Virus record (IMG/VR): IMGVR_UViG_3300037468_000575
Coordinates: 1-64,000 of that record
DNA length: 64,000 bases
Reading direction: 5' to 3' (one strand)
From: a virus
Taxonomy: Duplodnaviria > Heunggongvirae > Uroviricota > Caudoviricetes
This document shows, piece after piece, positions 16,920-26,680 of the stretch. Each line of letters starts with the position of its first letter. Position 1 is the stretch's first letter. Made by a program: the position numbers and the translations under genes. The notes under the pieces were generated by a model. That model saw nothing but the letters and a program-made list of their open reading frames with translations. It was not told where the DNA came from and searched no databases.

Positions 16920-18244
16920 AAAGGATTATGAAGAGGTCCAACACTTTCACCTTGTTCTGATTGTTTTCTATTCGTTCTAAGTAAATTAATAGTTGCGCTG
17001 GCTTCCCAAATACCTGCCTTTTTAAAGTGTATATCCGAACTCCACAATATATATTTTCCTGCTAAGGTTGTTTCTTCCAACCCGAATGGTTTATATTCAA
17101 CAGAGTCACCAACATTCATTAAGTCTATAGATCGTAAATTTCGTTCTAGAGCTACAGTTATAGTAGTGAGATCGCTAAATGAAGATGCATCTCTTGATTC
17201 AAAACTTGTTGTGACATCATCATATCCGGTATCATCAATGAGATATTTAAGTTTTGTTTTTCTAATATCATTATCAACTTCAAGTTTTTTTCGTTGAGTT
17301 GTTAACCCAAAAGCTTGAGCATTTTCATCCATCTTAATTTCTTTAATTGCAAATAATGTATTTGATGGTTTTATAATATGTCTAATGAAAGAGGATAGGG
17401 AAGCTAGCTTTGCATTTCCTGCATAGCTCATTTTAATATTTTCAAAGGTATAGTAAATTCTTGGAAAGTCTTGTAAACTTTTTTCAATAACATCTTTGGT
17501 GTCGTCTCCAGCTGGTAAATGGTATAAAATAAATGATGGAATTTTAAGCATTCTTGCAGAAAGATTCTTAATAAATAATTTATTATCATACCGGCAAAAG
17601 ACTCCAGGAACTCCCTTAAAAATACCAAACCTCTGGTCTAGATATCCATCATATGGATCCATTCGATCTCTAAATTCTTTGATAACATTATAAAAAGTTG
17701 TTGGGGGAATAATTACTTGATCTATAACTTCAGAATTTAATCCTTCTTTATCTAATTCTAAAGTAACACCAACATCAGCGGCAAGACCCTCTAAAATAGT
17801 TTGCATAGTGACGCCTTGCAGGACTGAGTTTACTGTAGTGTTCATTGATATCCATGGTTTTCTACAAACGGTAATAATACTAAAAGGAACCTTAGTTTGT
17901 TCCTCTACACTTTTCTTTGTTACTTTTTGAATACCTATAGTATCAGACTTAATATATAATAGATCTAAATCCACTTCCTCTAAGATGTTTGCAATTTGAT
18001 TTTGTCCTAGTAACTGAATTTTAAGTTCTAGTTTTGAAGTGCCAAATATATCTTTCTCTATGACTAATGTTGGATCTATAAGAATAGTTAAAAAAATTGA
18101 TTGATAAGCACTTGACAGAGAAGATACGATCCTTACTGATAACAAATCAAGACTATAATCTTCATCACTCATGTAGAGCTTTATATTATAAGCTCGTGGT
18201 TGATTGTCACCACTTTGACGACCAGTTTCTATCGGATCAGGCAT
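16916..18244 (-). CDS. hypothetical protein (442 aa), possibly structural
   Basis: Long ORF, no catalytic motifs recognised. Confidence 0.55.
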   Translation of the reverse strand: MPDPIETGRQSGDNQPRAYNIKLYMSDEDYSLDLLSVRIVSSLSSAYQSIFLTILIDPTLVIEKDIFGTSKLELKIQLLGQNQIANILEEVDLDLLYIKSDTIGIQKVTKKSVEEQTKVPFSIITVCRKPWISMNTTVNSVLQGVTMQTILEGLAADVGVTLELDKEGLNSEVIDQVIIPPTTFYNVIKEFRDRMDPYDGYLDQRFGIFKGVPGVFCRYDNKLFIKNLSARMLKIPSFILYHLPAGDDTKDVIEKSLQDFPRIYYTFENIKMSYAGNAKLASLSSFIRHIIKPSNTLFAIKEIKMDENAQAFGLTTQRKKLEVDNDIRKTKLKYLIDDTGYDDVTTSFESRDASSFSDLTTITVALERNLRSIDLMNVGDSVEYKPFGLEETTLAGKYILWSSDIHFKKAGIWEASATINLLRTNRKQSEQGESVGPLHNPF

Positions 18245-18293
18245 TTGGTTACTTCTCCTATTTTAAATTTGTTCCATAATAAAAACAAAAAAA

Positions 18294-18322
18294 TTTGCAG
18301 GGTCTATAGAAGACCCTGCAAA
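18294..18322 (-). terminator. terminator hairpin
   Basis: TTTGCAGGGTCT-ataga-AGACCCTGCAAA, preceded by A-rich run (U-tract on minus transcript). Confidence 0.6.
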
Positions 18323-18335
18323 TTAATTGTGCTCC

Positions 18336-19670
18336 TTACTTCTTCTTGTGGTCAGGTCTTACACCAGTATCTCCACTTACTCCCATATCTATGGATAAGT
18401 CTTTTGCCGCTTTTACATTCAGCAAATTCATGAACATCAAAAACTGCTGATCAGGACCACCTTTTCCATCATGTCCACCACTTTCAGTATAAAATTGTGG
18501 AACTTTTCGCTCTCTATAAGCTTCAGCCCAGAATGAATTGATTGCTTTTAGAGCGACAAGCTTTGGATCTAAAGCACCATCAGCTTCTATATTCAAACTC
18601 TTTCTTTTAGCTTCACCTTCTCCTAGAAGGATTTGCTCTTGTCTTGTAAATTCAGCAGCGGTTTTATTTAGTTTTGCGACTTCAACAAGCTGATTAGCTT
18701 TTGTTTCAGCAACTTGTTTTACTTGTTCTGCTTCAATTGTTGCTTGCTCTTTGAGTTGAAGTTGCTTATATCGGACTTCCATTACCGCTGCCTTTCCTTG
18801 TGACTCTCTTGTTATAGCCTCTTGAGCAGCTTTCATTGCTTGGGCTTTCGCTGTTTCAATTTCCATATAGTTTGTTTGTTGCGTAGCGATTTGTTTTGCT
18901 ACAACATCTTCGTACCCAAATTTTTTGATTTCAAAGTTGACAAGAGTGATTCCCGTTCCTTCTAATGGGTTAGTCTCTCTCATGGCTTTTCCATCTTTAT
19001 CTCGTTTGACAATTTTAACCATTTTATTAACTTTTTCTTTTGTTCGAGGATCCTCAATATCTTTCATTACTTCTTCGGTTTTATATAATCCATGTTCAAT
19101 CATATCACGTGCCCAGGAAATAAAATCAGACATCTTTTCAGAATATGATTCTCTAGCAGTCATAAGGTTTGCAGTTAATCTTAGAGCGTTACGGACAATT
19201 GGAAGTATGAATCGGTGTTCCAAGTCATCGTAGTCTCTAAAGTTCATATCTTTAGTTATTACAATTGCTTCCTGTTCATTCTTCGGCAAAACAACTCGAG
19301 TGGTTCCAGAAATTTTAGCAATTGAGCCATCATTAAATGTTACTTCGATAGATTGATCTTCTGCTTTTCCTTCTTTTTTATCTGCAGTAAAGTAAAAGGT
19401 TTCAGACGTTGGCCATGTTTGGAAATCAGCAAATACTTGCCAATACATTCCCGGTTGCATCATCGCTTGCATTGTTCCAGTTACCGGTCTTTGAATAACA
19501 TGGTAGGTTCCTTTGTCAACTGTTTCAATAATTTTTCCAGAAAGAATCAATATAACAATGACTATAGCTGCAACAAATGCTGTTGTAAAAATCTTTAATT
19601 TATTTGTTTTGATTGTTTTTGCAAATTGTTCAATTTTTTCATCTTCATTAGACAGACTCATTTTTCCCAT
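18336..19670 (-). CDS. SPFH/band-7 (HflK/C-flotillin-like) membrane protein
   Basis: N-term TM IFTTAFVAAIVIVILILSG; SPFH-like FILPIVRNALRLTANLMTARESYS; Ala/Glu/Lys-rich coiled coil; 12-bp-stem terminator downstream. Confidence 0.5.
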   Translation of the reverse strand: MGKMSLSNEDEKIEQFAKTIKTNKLKIFTTAFVAAIVIVILILSGKIIETVDKGTYHVIQRPVTGTMQAMMQPGMYWQVFADFQTWPTSETFYFTADKKEGKAEDQSIEVTFNDGSIAKISGTTRVVLPKNEQEAIVITKDMNFRDYDDLEHRFILPIVRNALRLTANLMTARESYSEKMSDFISWARDMIEHGLYKTEEVMKDIEDPRTKEKVNKMVKIVKRDKDGKAMRETNPLEGTGITLVNFEIKKFGYEDVVAKQIATQQTNYMEIETAKAQAMKAAQEAITRESQGKAAVMEVRYKQLQLKEQATIEAEQVKQVAETKANQLVEVAKLNKTAAEFTRQEQILLGEGEAKRKSLNIEADGALDPKLVALKAINSFWAEAYRERKVPQFYTESGGHDGKGGPDQQFLMFMNLLNVKAAKDLSIDMGVSGDTGVRPDHKKK

Positions 19671-19986
19671 TTTCAGACTCCTTAAGTTGTTTGTCGAGAG
19701 TTGTTAAGTTATCGGTTAATGCTGAGACTTCCTCTTCTTTCACAATAAGATCTTTTGTTATGTTTAACTCTTGTTTCATATCAATTTCTTTTTGTTTAAG
19801 GTATGCTAATTTTTCTTCTTTTGCTATTCTTTTTCCCTCCTTCCTTTCTTTTAACTTACTTTTCAATAAGAGTACATATAAAAGATAAATAACTCCAAGT
19901 ACTATTAGTATATCTAAAATTGCTTGAAAAAACATATTAAACCTCCTTACACCCTTTAGGTCGTTTTTTGTGATGACTTGGTACAA
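19648..19986 (-). CDS. TM + coiled-coil protein (112 aa)
   Basis: ILDILIVLGVIYLLYVLLL helix followed by charged coiled-coil. Confidence 0.45.
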   Translation of the reverse strand: MYQVITKNDLKGVRRFNMFFQAILDILIVLGVIYLLYVLLLKSKLKERKEGKRIAKEEKLAYLKQKEIDMKQELNITKDLIVKEEEVSALTDNLTTLDKQLKESENGKNESV

Positions 19987-20317
19987 ATAATTCTCTTGCT
20001 ACAACAACGGGTATACCATCTTGTCGTCCATACTCTACAGGTTTTTTATAGTACACGATCCTAGCTGTTGCTGAATGTAGAATAACAGGGTTTGTTAAAT
20101 AAATATGAAAACCTGTAGGATAAGTTACCCCATAACGAGGTATTTTTATTTTTTCAGTTTTTTTATCTTTTATCCATTTGTTTGTTTGAACTCTTCCAAA
20201 GATATACCTAAAAATTAAGTGATGATTATATGTATCAAAGAGTTTATAACCAACTAAATGTTTTCCTTTTTTTGTTGTATACGATTTTGCGTGTGAATCT
20301 AAAAAGTCTAAACACAT
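19937..20317 (-). CDS. MCL...GFHIY family paralogue A
   Basis: MCLDFLD...LVGYKLF...YPTGFHIYL...VVVARELFVP. Confidence 0.55.
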   Translation of the reverse strand: MCLDFLDSHAKSYTTKKGKHLVGYKLFDTYNHHLIFRYIFGRVQTNKWIKDKKTEKIKIPRYGVTYPTGFHIYLTNPVILHSATARIVYYKKPVEYGRQDGIPVVVARELFVPSHHKKRPKGCKEV

Positions 20318-20319
20318 CG

Positions 20320-20706
20320 TTATTTATCCTTCCTATTCTTCCTTGGTATAAATAATTCTCTTGCTACAACAATAGGTTGACCATATTGCCAACCATAAGT
20401 CACTGGTCTTTTATAATAAACTTTTCTAGGGTGCTTATACCAGGGTGGCTGAGTCAAATAAATATGAAAACCTGTAGGATAAGTTACTCCATAACTCGGT
20501 ATTCGTAGTTTTTCAGTTTCTTTATCTTTTATCCATGTATTTGTTCGTACTCGATAGTGCATTGATTCAAAACTTATCTGATGATTCAATGTATTAAAAA
20601 TTTTATAACCAACTAACTTTTTTCCTTTTTTTATTGTATACGATTTTGCGGTTGGATCTAAATAGTCTAAACACATACTATTGACCTCTCTTCTTACGTG
20701 GTACAA
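20320..20706 (-). CDS. MCL...GFHIY family paralogue B
   Basis: MCLDYLD...LVGYKIF...YPTGFHIYL...IVVARELFIP. Confidence 0.55.
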   Translation of the reverse strand: MYHVRREVNSMCLDYLDPTAKSYTIKKGKKLVGYKIFNTLNHQISFESMHYRVRTNTWIKDKETEKLRIPSYGVTYPTGFHIYLTQPPWYKHPRKVYYKRPVTYGWQYGQPIVVARELFIPRKNRKDK

Positions 20707-21043
20707 ATAATTCTCTTGCTACAACAACTGGAAGACCATATTGATACCCATAAGCTACAGGTTTTTTATAGTATACTTTTCTAGTTCCACTCTCATCTGG
20801 ATGTTTAAGATAAATATGAAAACCTTTTGGATAGATCTTCTGATTACTTTGAATACGTATTAGTCCGCGTGACGTATCTTTAATCCACGTGTTTGTTTTA
20901 ACTCGTTTATTAAAATATTGAAACTGGATTTGTTTATTATACTCCCGAAAAGTTTTCCAACCAACTAAAAGATTACCTTCTTGTAATTTCCATTGTTGTA
21001 TGTGCGTAGTGGTTCGATCTAAACACATTATAGCCTCCCGCAA
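20678..21043 (-). CDS. MCL...GFHIY family paralogue C
   Basis: MCLDRTT...LVGWKTF...YPKGFHIYL...VVVARELFVP. Confidence 0.55.
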   Translation of the reverse strand: MREAIMCLDRTTTHIQQWKLQEGNLLVGWKTFREYNKQIQFQYFNKRVKTNTWIKDTSRGLIRIQSNQKIYPKGFHIYLKHPDESGTRKVYYKKPVAYGYQYGLPVVVARELFVPRKKRGQ

Positions 21044-21447
21044 ATAAATATTTGTTTCGCTACGATAACTGGTGTTTCATCTTGATACCCTCGTTGTACA
21101 ATCTGTTTGAAATAGACTTTTTTAACTATACAATTTCCATGCATACTTCTTTTCGACTTGTTAGCAGATGCTAACGTTACGTAGATATGAAATCCCATTG
21201 GATATATTCTTTTTTGTTCGGGAAAGCTGGGTGGCCTTCCAAAACAGATAGTGTCTTTTTTGAATGAAAATGATCTATAATCTTTTTCATGTATCCATGT
21301 TTTGACTGGTATATTTGTTATGCCTGGCATAATTACGAAGTTTAAAGCACGGTTGCGTTTTATAAAAACTTTCCATCCAACATAAGAATCATCTTCTCTT
21401 TTGATCGATATGTGTTCTCCCTTGTTTTTCGCACGTGATAAACACAT
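21028..21447 (-). CDS. MCL...GFHIY family paralogue D
   Basis: MCLSRAK...YVGWKVF...YPMGFHIYV...VIVAKQIFI. Confidence 0.55.
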   Translation of the reverse strand: MCLSRAKNKGEHISIKREDDSYVGWKVFIKRNRALNFVIMPGITNIPVKTWIHEKDYRSFSFKKDTICFGRPPSFPEQKRIYPMGFHIYVTLASANKSKRSMHGNCIVKKVYFKQIVQRGYQDETPVIVAKQIFICGRL

Positions 21448-21451
21448 ATTA

Positions 21452-22366
21452 CTATGTACCTTTCCTATTCATTATAGACAATGCATCCATCATTTGAGGT
21501 GGAATTACAAGTACTCTTTCTGCAATATTCTCAAGTAAAAGTTTTGAGTTTAAGTTTTTCTCCAAAGCTGAGAACATCGTGACTGCTAAAAATAAATTCC
21601 ATGACGTCACCGCTTCATTATTATCATGGGAGAGATCTTTGATAATTGCAGAGATTTTTTCTCTTTTTCGTTTTCCAAGTTCTTCAACGAGATCTAAAAC
21701 GGATAACATTTCAGTGTCACTGACTTTATTACTAAAGTTTAAAGCAATTAACTCAGCAATATTGTTGGTAAATACAGTTATAAATGATCCAATTTCGGCT
21801 GACATTCTCGCCGTTGCATTAGCTACATGTATCTGCGTTAAAGTACCTAATGTTTTTCTTAGTCCAATTCCAACCCATCCTCCGCGTTGTTCTTGTAAAC
21901 AAATTCCAAAATCGACAAATTGGGATCCTGTTCCATCATATGTATTTCGAATAAGAACTTGCGGATATACATCTCCTATTTGCGGTATGGTTTCACCATG
22001 CCGAATAACCATTCGATTATACATTTTTGCAATACCAGAAGAGAATGCAATATTCTCTGTAATTATGGTATTACCGCTTTGTGATACTGACGTTCTAAGT
22101 GAATTGTTTAACACATCATGACCTACAAATTTATATCGATCACTCACCAAACCAATTAATTTATATTTTGCTCCTACACCAGTTGGTTGTTTGGTATATA
22201 CACCAAGAATTGGAAGTGTTTCAGCTTCAACTAATAGTGGTAAATGTTCTGGAACTTGCAGATATCGATATAATACTGATCCGTAACGATCATTATAATA
22301 AAATGCTTGATCATTAAGATTTTGGAGACCCATCTCTTGAAATCTTGTTTTGAATGTTGCTACCAT
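21452..22366 (-). CDS. hypothetical protein (304 aa)
   Basis: ORF. Confidence 0.55.
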   Translation of the reverse strand: MVATFKTRFQEMGLQNLNDQAFYYNDRYGSVLYRYLQVPEHLPLLVEAETLPILGVYTKQPTGVGAKYKLIGLVSDRYKFVGHDVLNNSLRTSVSQSGNTIITENIAFSSGIAKMYNRMVIRHGETIPQIGDVYPQVLIRNTYDGTGSQFVDFGICLQEQRGGWVGIGLRKTLGTLTQIHVANATARMSAEIGSFITVFTNNIAELIALNFSNKVSDTEMLSVLDLVEELGKRKREKISAIIKDLSHDNNEAVTSWNLFLAVTMFSALEKNLNSKLLLENIAERVLVIPPQMMDALSIMNRKGT

Positions 22367-22679
22367 TTTTTTCCTCCAACTTCACATTATAGCTTGTTAA
22401 AACATTATTGATTGCTTCTTCTAATGATGCTAGTAACGTATCTTCAAATACAATCACATTTAGCTTTTGGGATATTAAATAAAGTAATATCTTAATTGGG
22501 TTTGCGTGCGCATATATAACTGTTTTGTCTTTATGACTATAATTAGCAACACACGCATTAGCTTTTTCATCAATAAAAATAAATATGGGACTTTTTTCTA
22601 AAACAGCAGTTATACTAGATGTTTGTTTCATTGCAAAGTTTTTTAGCTCTAGAAATTGTTGAAGCTCAATCGTATTCAT
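22314..22679 (-). CDS. hypothetical protein (121 aa)
   Basis: ORF. Confidence 0.45.
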   Translation of the reverse strand: MNTIELQQFLELKNFAMKQTSSITAVLEKSPIFIFIDEKANACVANYSHKDKTVIYAHANPIKILLYLISQKLNVIVFEDTLLASLEEAINNVLTSYNVKLEEKNGSNIQNKISRDGSPKS

Positions 22680-23299
22680 TATTTGATCCTTGTAGCTATA
22701 AACTTAATATAAATATCTCTTCCATCAAATTCATAATCATGAAGAATTTCATCAATTATAAATCTTCCTTCTAATTTAAAATACTTCCCAATTCTTTCTG
22801 CTGTCCAGATACTTGCATGCGGATCTCGAGGTTCATTTAAAAGTTCTGTTGTTAGAAGAATATTATTTGCTTCAAAGTCTTTAGATAATACATCTTCTTT
22901 CAAAAGCATCTTTGCTAATATTTTATAATCTGGAACTATACCTTCAATCTTACCACCTACATTTAAGATGGTTGATAACATATAAATAAAATATAAAACT
23001 TCTGTCATTGGTACGTGTTCCAACAGTCTATACATAACAATGAGATCAAAGTGACCTCTATAAAAAGGAATGAATTCTTGCCAGGTTGCTTTTACGAACT
23101 GTTCTTGAATTTCATCGCCCACACTCTGTTTGTAAAATTTATGTTTGAGTTCAATCTCTCCTAAATTATCCAACGTTTCAGTATACGTTGGATCTATATT
23201 TACTAAAAAGTATGTTGATATCAACTCTGGAATAGCAAGTGGTTTAATTCTTGGCCCAGCTCCAATATTCAAAATTGAAATTCTTTCATGTTTTTCCAT
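22679..23299 (-). CDS. putative SAM-dependent methyltransferase (class I-like)
   Basis: ILNIGAGPR (motif I-like), LVNIDPT acidic loop, FDLIVMYRLLEHVP (motif II/III-like). Confidence 0.4.
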   Translation of the reverse strand: MEKHERISILNIGAGPRIKPLAIPELISTYFLVNIDPTYTETLDNLGEIELKHKFYKQSVGDEIQEQFVKATWQEFIPFYRGHFDLIVMYRLLEHVPMTEVLYFIYMLSTILNVGGKIEGIVPDYKILAKMLLKEDVLSKDFEANNILLTTELLNEPRDPHASIWTAERIGKYFKLEGRFIIDEILHDYEFDGRDIYIKFIATRIK

Positions 23300-23311
23300 A
23301 TTATTCTCCTG

Positions 23312-23680
23312 TTATCCATCATACCACGATTCTTCAATTGGATGGAGATCTTCTGGCTTGATAACGATATAAACTTTTGCTAAATCTTGTACTAATCTTT
23401 CTTTGAATTGTTTTAATGTTTCATTGTCTTCTATAAGAAATGGACTTCTACCAATCCATATTGAATCATCATCAGAATCAATATGAATGGAAATATTTGG
23501 TATATGCTTCTCTATAAACTCTTCTACAGACTCTAGATAATTTTCAAGCACATCGTCGGCATCGTCTGTTTTTAAGTTTCCTTTGAGCTCTTGAGGAAGC
23601 CGATCTTTGTTTCGTTCTATACCCCAAATTACAAAACAAGTAGTACTAGAATTTGTTATAAAATCAGTCTTTCTTTTCAT
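23312..23680 (-). CDS. protein with conserved N-terminal 'DFVTNSSST' module (family member 1)
   Basis: MKRKTDFITNSSTTCFVI then unique acidic C-terminus. Confidence 0.5.
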   Translation of the reverse strand: MKRKTDFITNSSTTCFVIWGIERNKDRLPQELKGNLKTDDADDVLENYLESVEEFIEKHIPNISIHIDSDDDSIWIGRSPFLIEDNETLKQFKERLVQDLAKVYIVIKPEDLHPIEESWYDG

Positions 23681-23703
23681 ATATGGTTTCTCCTTTTATG
23701 TTG

Positions 23704-24426
23704 TTATATAAACTCCACTGTTATTGAAGTAGTAAACGGTTTTAGATAAAAATTGAAGTATCTTATCTTGTCAATATCATTAATATCCATAATAGTAATG
23801 GTTTGTTGGGTGATTTCTAATTCCCCATAATCTTTTAAGTATACTTTATAGATGTTTTCTCCAACAGGAACACAAAATAAAGATACATCATTTGAATTAA
23901 GAAGCGAATCTTTAATAGATTGCATTCTTCTAAAGATTGTTTCTTTACCTCTTATAAATTCAATTTTTGAGAGTTTATCTAAATATGCATCAATCTTTGT
24001 ATATCGATATGGAACACCTTTGATTGTAGTTTCAATACCATCTGTAGCAAGATAACTTGATCGATCAAGAGATGAAATAAATGTTAAGAAGTGAGTTCTA
24101 AACTCTAAAGGAATTGAATGATTTGGAAGTTGTAACAATGGTCTTGTTACAATAATTCCATCATATTGTCTTATAATTATTTCCTCTTCATGTATTTTAT
24201 TTACTTGAAGATGATTATCGACAATAGATTTTGTGGTTGTTCTAAGAAGAGATGTTAATCTGGGATTATCTTGCATCATTTTTCCAATTTGGATATTTCT
24301 TTTTGTCTTATCATTCTTATCTATATTAGTTAAATTAAATCCTATCTTTTCTAGAATAGAATAATGACAGGCAGCAATATCATAAAGATAAACATCTCTC
24401 CTAATCAACGCCCCAGTTATTTTCAT
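23704..24426 (-). CDS. hypothetical protein (240 aa)
   Basis: ORF. Confidence 0.5.
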   Translation of the reverse strand: MKITGALIRRDVYLYDIAACHYSILEKIGFNLTNIDKNDKTKRNIQIGKMMQDNPRLTSLLRTTTKSIVDNHLQVNKIHEEEIIIRQYDGIIVTRPLLQLPNHSIPLEFRTHFLTFISSLDRSSYLATDGIETTIKGVPYRYTKIDAYLDKLSKIEFIRGKETIFRRMQSIKDSLLNSNDVSLFCVPVGENIYKVYLKDYGELEITQQTITIMDINDIDKIRYFNFYLKPFTTSITVEFI

Positions 24427-24435
24427 TAGTATTCC

Positions 24436-25164
24436 TTAAATTAACTTTAGTAAAACTTCATCTATTTGAAGATGATGATTAACATCTCCAACTTCTTCTT
24501 GTCTCTTTGCAAACCACTCTACAATATCTTGTTTTGTTTTAAGATTTTTTGCATGTTTCATTGACTGATTATACAAAATTTGTAGACTTTCAACATCTCC
24601 AGGTAATGATAACTTATCTATTGTGTCTTGAATATTACCAACTGTAACTTTGACTTTCACATCTTTTCTTGTAATTTTTATTATATTAATAGGAACTATT
24701 AAATGTTTTATAATATGACAGATGGTTAAAAACATTCCAGTTTTTACACCATAACCTTTAATCATATTATCTCCAACTTGATATGTGACTCTATAACCAT
24801 TATTAAAGACTGTTAAGTCTTGGGGATCTAAATCCAAGATCTTTGATTGTTTTGCGTTTTCAAATATCTTTATTTTTCTTTTTGGGTCTCCATTTTCCTG
24901 TTTTTCGGTTGTTGGTATTGTAATAATAATATTATCTGATGCATCTACACCAGAAATAGATACTCGAACTAATCGAAGATTAGAAAACTTTTGATAATGT
25001 TTATTAAACCAAGTAGAGAAATCAATCAATGGATATTCCATCGTTGTCTCATTTAGGATTAAGTTTGTTTCTTTCTTTTCTGGTTGAAGAATTGGGGTTT
25101 CTGGTATAACGAGAAGATCTGCTTCCGATATTCCATGTGCAATTATTTCTGCTAACTCTGTCAT
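24436..25164 (-). CDS. hypothetical protein (242 aa)
   Basis: ORF. Confidence 0.5.
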   Translation of the reverse strand: MTELAEIIAHGISEADLLVIPETPILQPEKKETNLILNETTMEYPLIDFSTWFNKHYQKFSNLRLVRVSISGVDASDNIIITIPTTEKQENGDPKRKIKIFENAKQSKILDLDPQDLTVFNNGYRVTYQVGDNMIKGYGVKTGMFLTICHIIKHLIVPINIIKITRKDVKVKVTVGNIQDTIDKLSLPGDVESLQILYNQSMKHAKNLKTKQDIVEWFAKRQEEVGDVNHHLQIDEVLLKLI

Positions 25165-25167
25165 ATT

Positions 25168-25533
25168 TTATACTCCTTCCTTTCTTTCTAACCACTTCTC
25201 TTTTGGTTCTAGATTTTTTCTCCATTCTTCAACATCAATTTGTGTATAGGTTTCAAGCGCAGCTGCAGCTAGTGTCATAATCTTAATTAAATTTTCATAT
25301 ACCTCAATCGGTGCTGTTCCTTGTTCAGAAATTTCTTTACATTCAAGTAACCAATCAGGTAGAGATCTTTCCCATTTGGAACTATAAGCGTGCTTGCATT
25401 TTGTAATATATTCTTCTATAAATGTAAGAAAACTCATTACATTAAAACTTCTGTAGTTGTCATACGACCCAAAGGTTTTAATTTCATATCCTCGTTCTTT
25501 TTTCAATAACTCTAAAATCGATTCAATTTGCAT
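25168..25533 (-). CDS. hypothetical protein (121 aa)
   Basis: ORF. Confidence 0.45.
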   Translation of the reverse strand: MQIESILELLKKERGYEIKTFGSYDNYRSFNVMSFLTFIEEYITKCKHAYSSKWERSLPDWLLECKEISEQGTAPIEVYENLIKIMTLAAAALETYTQIDVEEWRKNLEPKEKWLERKEGV

Positions 25534-25692
25534 TTTTTCCTATCCCTTCTAAAAATTCGATTATAAATTTTTGTTTCATAGAAAGAAATAATTTTTTTTG
25601 ATATTGTCGATGGTAAACCAAATTCTTGTAATCGACAATAAACATGTAATCCATTTAACATATGTTTTAATTGATGTATCATTTCTTATTCC

Positions 25693-25971
25693 TCAATTTA
25701 AAAACTTACAGCTAGAACGTAATTTACCATAAAATCTTTTTACTTCGCCTTTTAATGGTCCAGTTATCATCAATACTTCACATCCATAATCTCGATATCG
25801 AATACGATCATCACCTGGAGCAAATTTATTATATTTATATCGGTCAAGAATTACAGCAAATTCGTTCCGAGAAACCTTTGAAAAATATTTAGAATCAGGA
25901 ATGCGAATCAAATCTCCTCTTCTTAATGTTAATCTTGAACTATCCTTTACTGGTTCTTCATGTCCGTACAT
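25693..25971 (-). CDS. hypothetical protein (92 aa)
   Basis: ORF. Confidence 0.4.
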   Translation of the reverse strand: MYGHEEPVKDSSRLTLRRGDLIRIPDSKYFSKVSRNEFAVILDRYKYNKFAPGDDRIRYRDYGCEVLMITGPLKGEVKRFYGKLRSSCKFLN

Positions 25972-26680
25972 TTCCTATCAACCTCTCAATATATTTAAAA
26001 TTTTTTTCCAAATGGTGTTTATATTCTGATTTATACTCTAAAACTAACTCACCAGACCAATTATACCTTTTCCGCAAATCTTTAACGAATCCAACAAGAT
26101 TTATATCTCCATTATCTATATTAAAGTTTGTATGAATTAGATTAGATGTTTTAATTCTATTAGACAAATGTATAATAGAAATTTTATCAATGAGATATGA
26201 AAAGATTTTATAATCAAACCATATATCATCAGCATGACTTGTATCAAATGTCATCTTAACATTTGAATATAAGTTACACATGTCATGAATATGTAACGGA
26301 GTTCTTAGTGCTTTTCTACTTTTGTATGGAAAATTTTCTATCGATATTTCTACCATAGAGGAGATAGTTGTGTTTGATTGTTCTTTTAGAAATTGTTGAA
26401 TCCCTTTGTTTGGATGTATAACAAATTTGTCACATTCAAATTCTGTAACAAATACATCTATGATATTAAGAATTTCTCTAGTTGAATATCTAAGAGAATT
26501 AATTGGTAGATGAACGACTCGAATATTAATGTTAGTTTCTTTTAGTTTCTTAATTAAATCATGTTTTATTTGTACCCACGCTTCATAGTTATATATCCCT
26601 AATTGAATCGGAAATTCAATTTCATCAAGCATATCTAGATTAGTATTTCCAACTCCATATGAAATTGCTGTTGTTATCAT
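25958..26680 (-). CDS. hypothetical protein (240 aa)
   Basis: ORF. Confidence 0.5.
   Translation of the reverse strand: MITTAISYGVGNTNLDMLDEIEFPIQLGIYNYEAWVQIKHDLIKKLKETNINIRVVHLPINSLRYSTREILNIIDVFVTEFECDKFVIHPNKGIQQFLKEQSNTTISSMVEISIENFPYKSRKALRTPLHIHDMCNLYSNVKMTFDTSHADDIWFDYKIFSYLIDKISIIHLSNRIKTSNLIHTNFNIDNGDINLVGFVKDLRKRYNWSGELVLEYKSEYKHHLEKNFKYIERLIGNVRT

Noticed and set aside
21579-22121. Plus-strand ORFs in the six-frame track (e.g. 21579..22121 180 aa, 7030..7224, 9210..9407, 18925..19233, 33367..33600, 62440..62706)
   Set aside because: Each lies entirely inside a longer minus-strand gene with recognisable motifs or family conservation. These are typical antisense ORFs in AT-rich DNA, without RBS or conservation.
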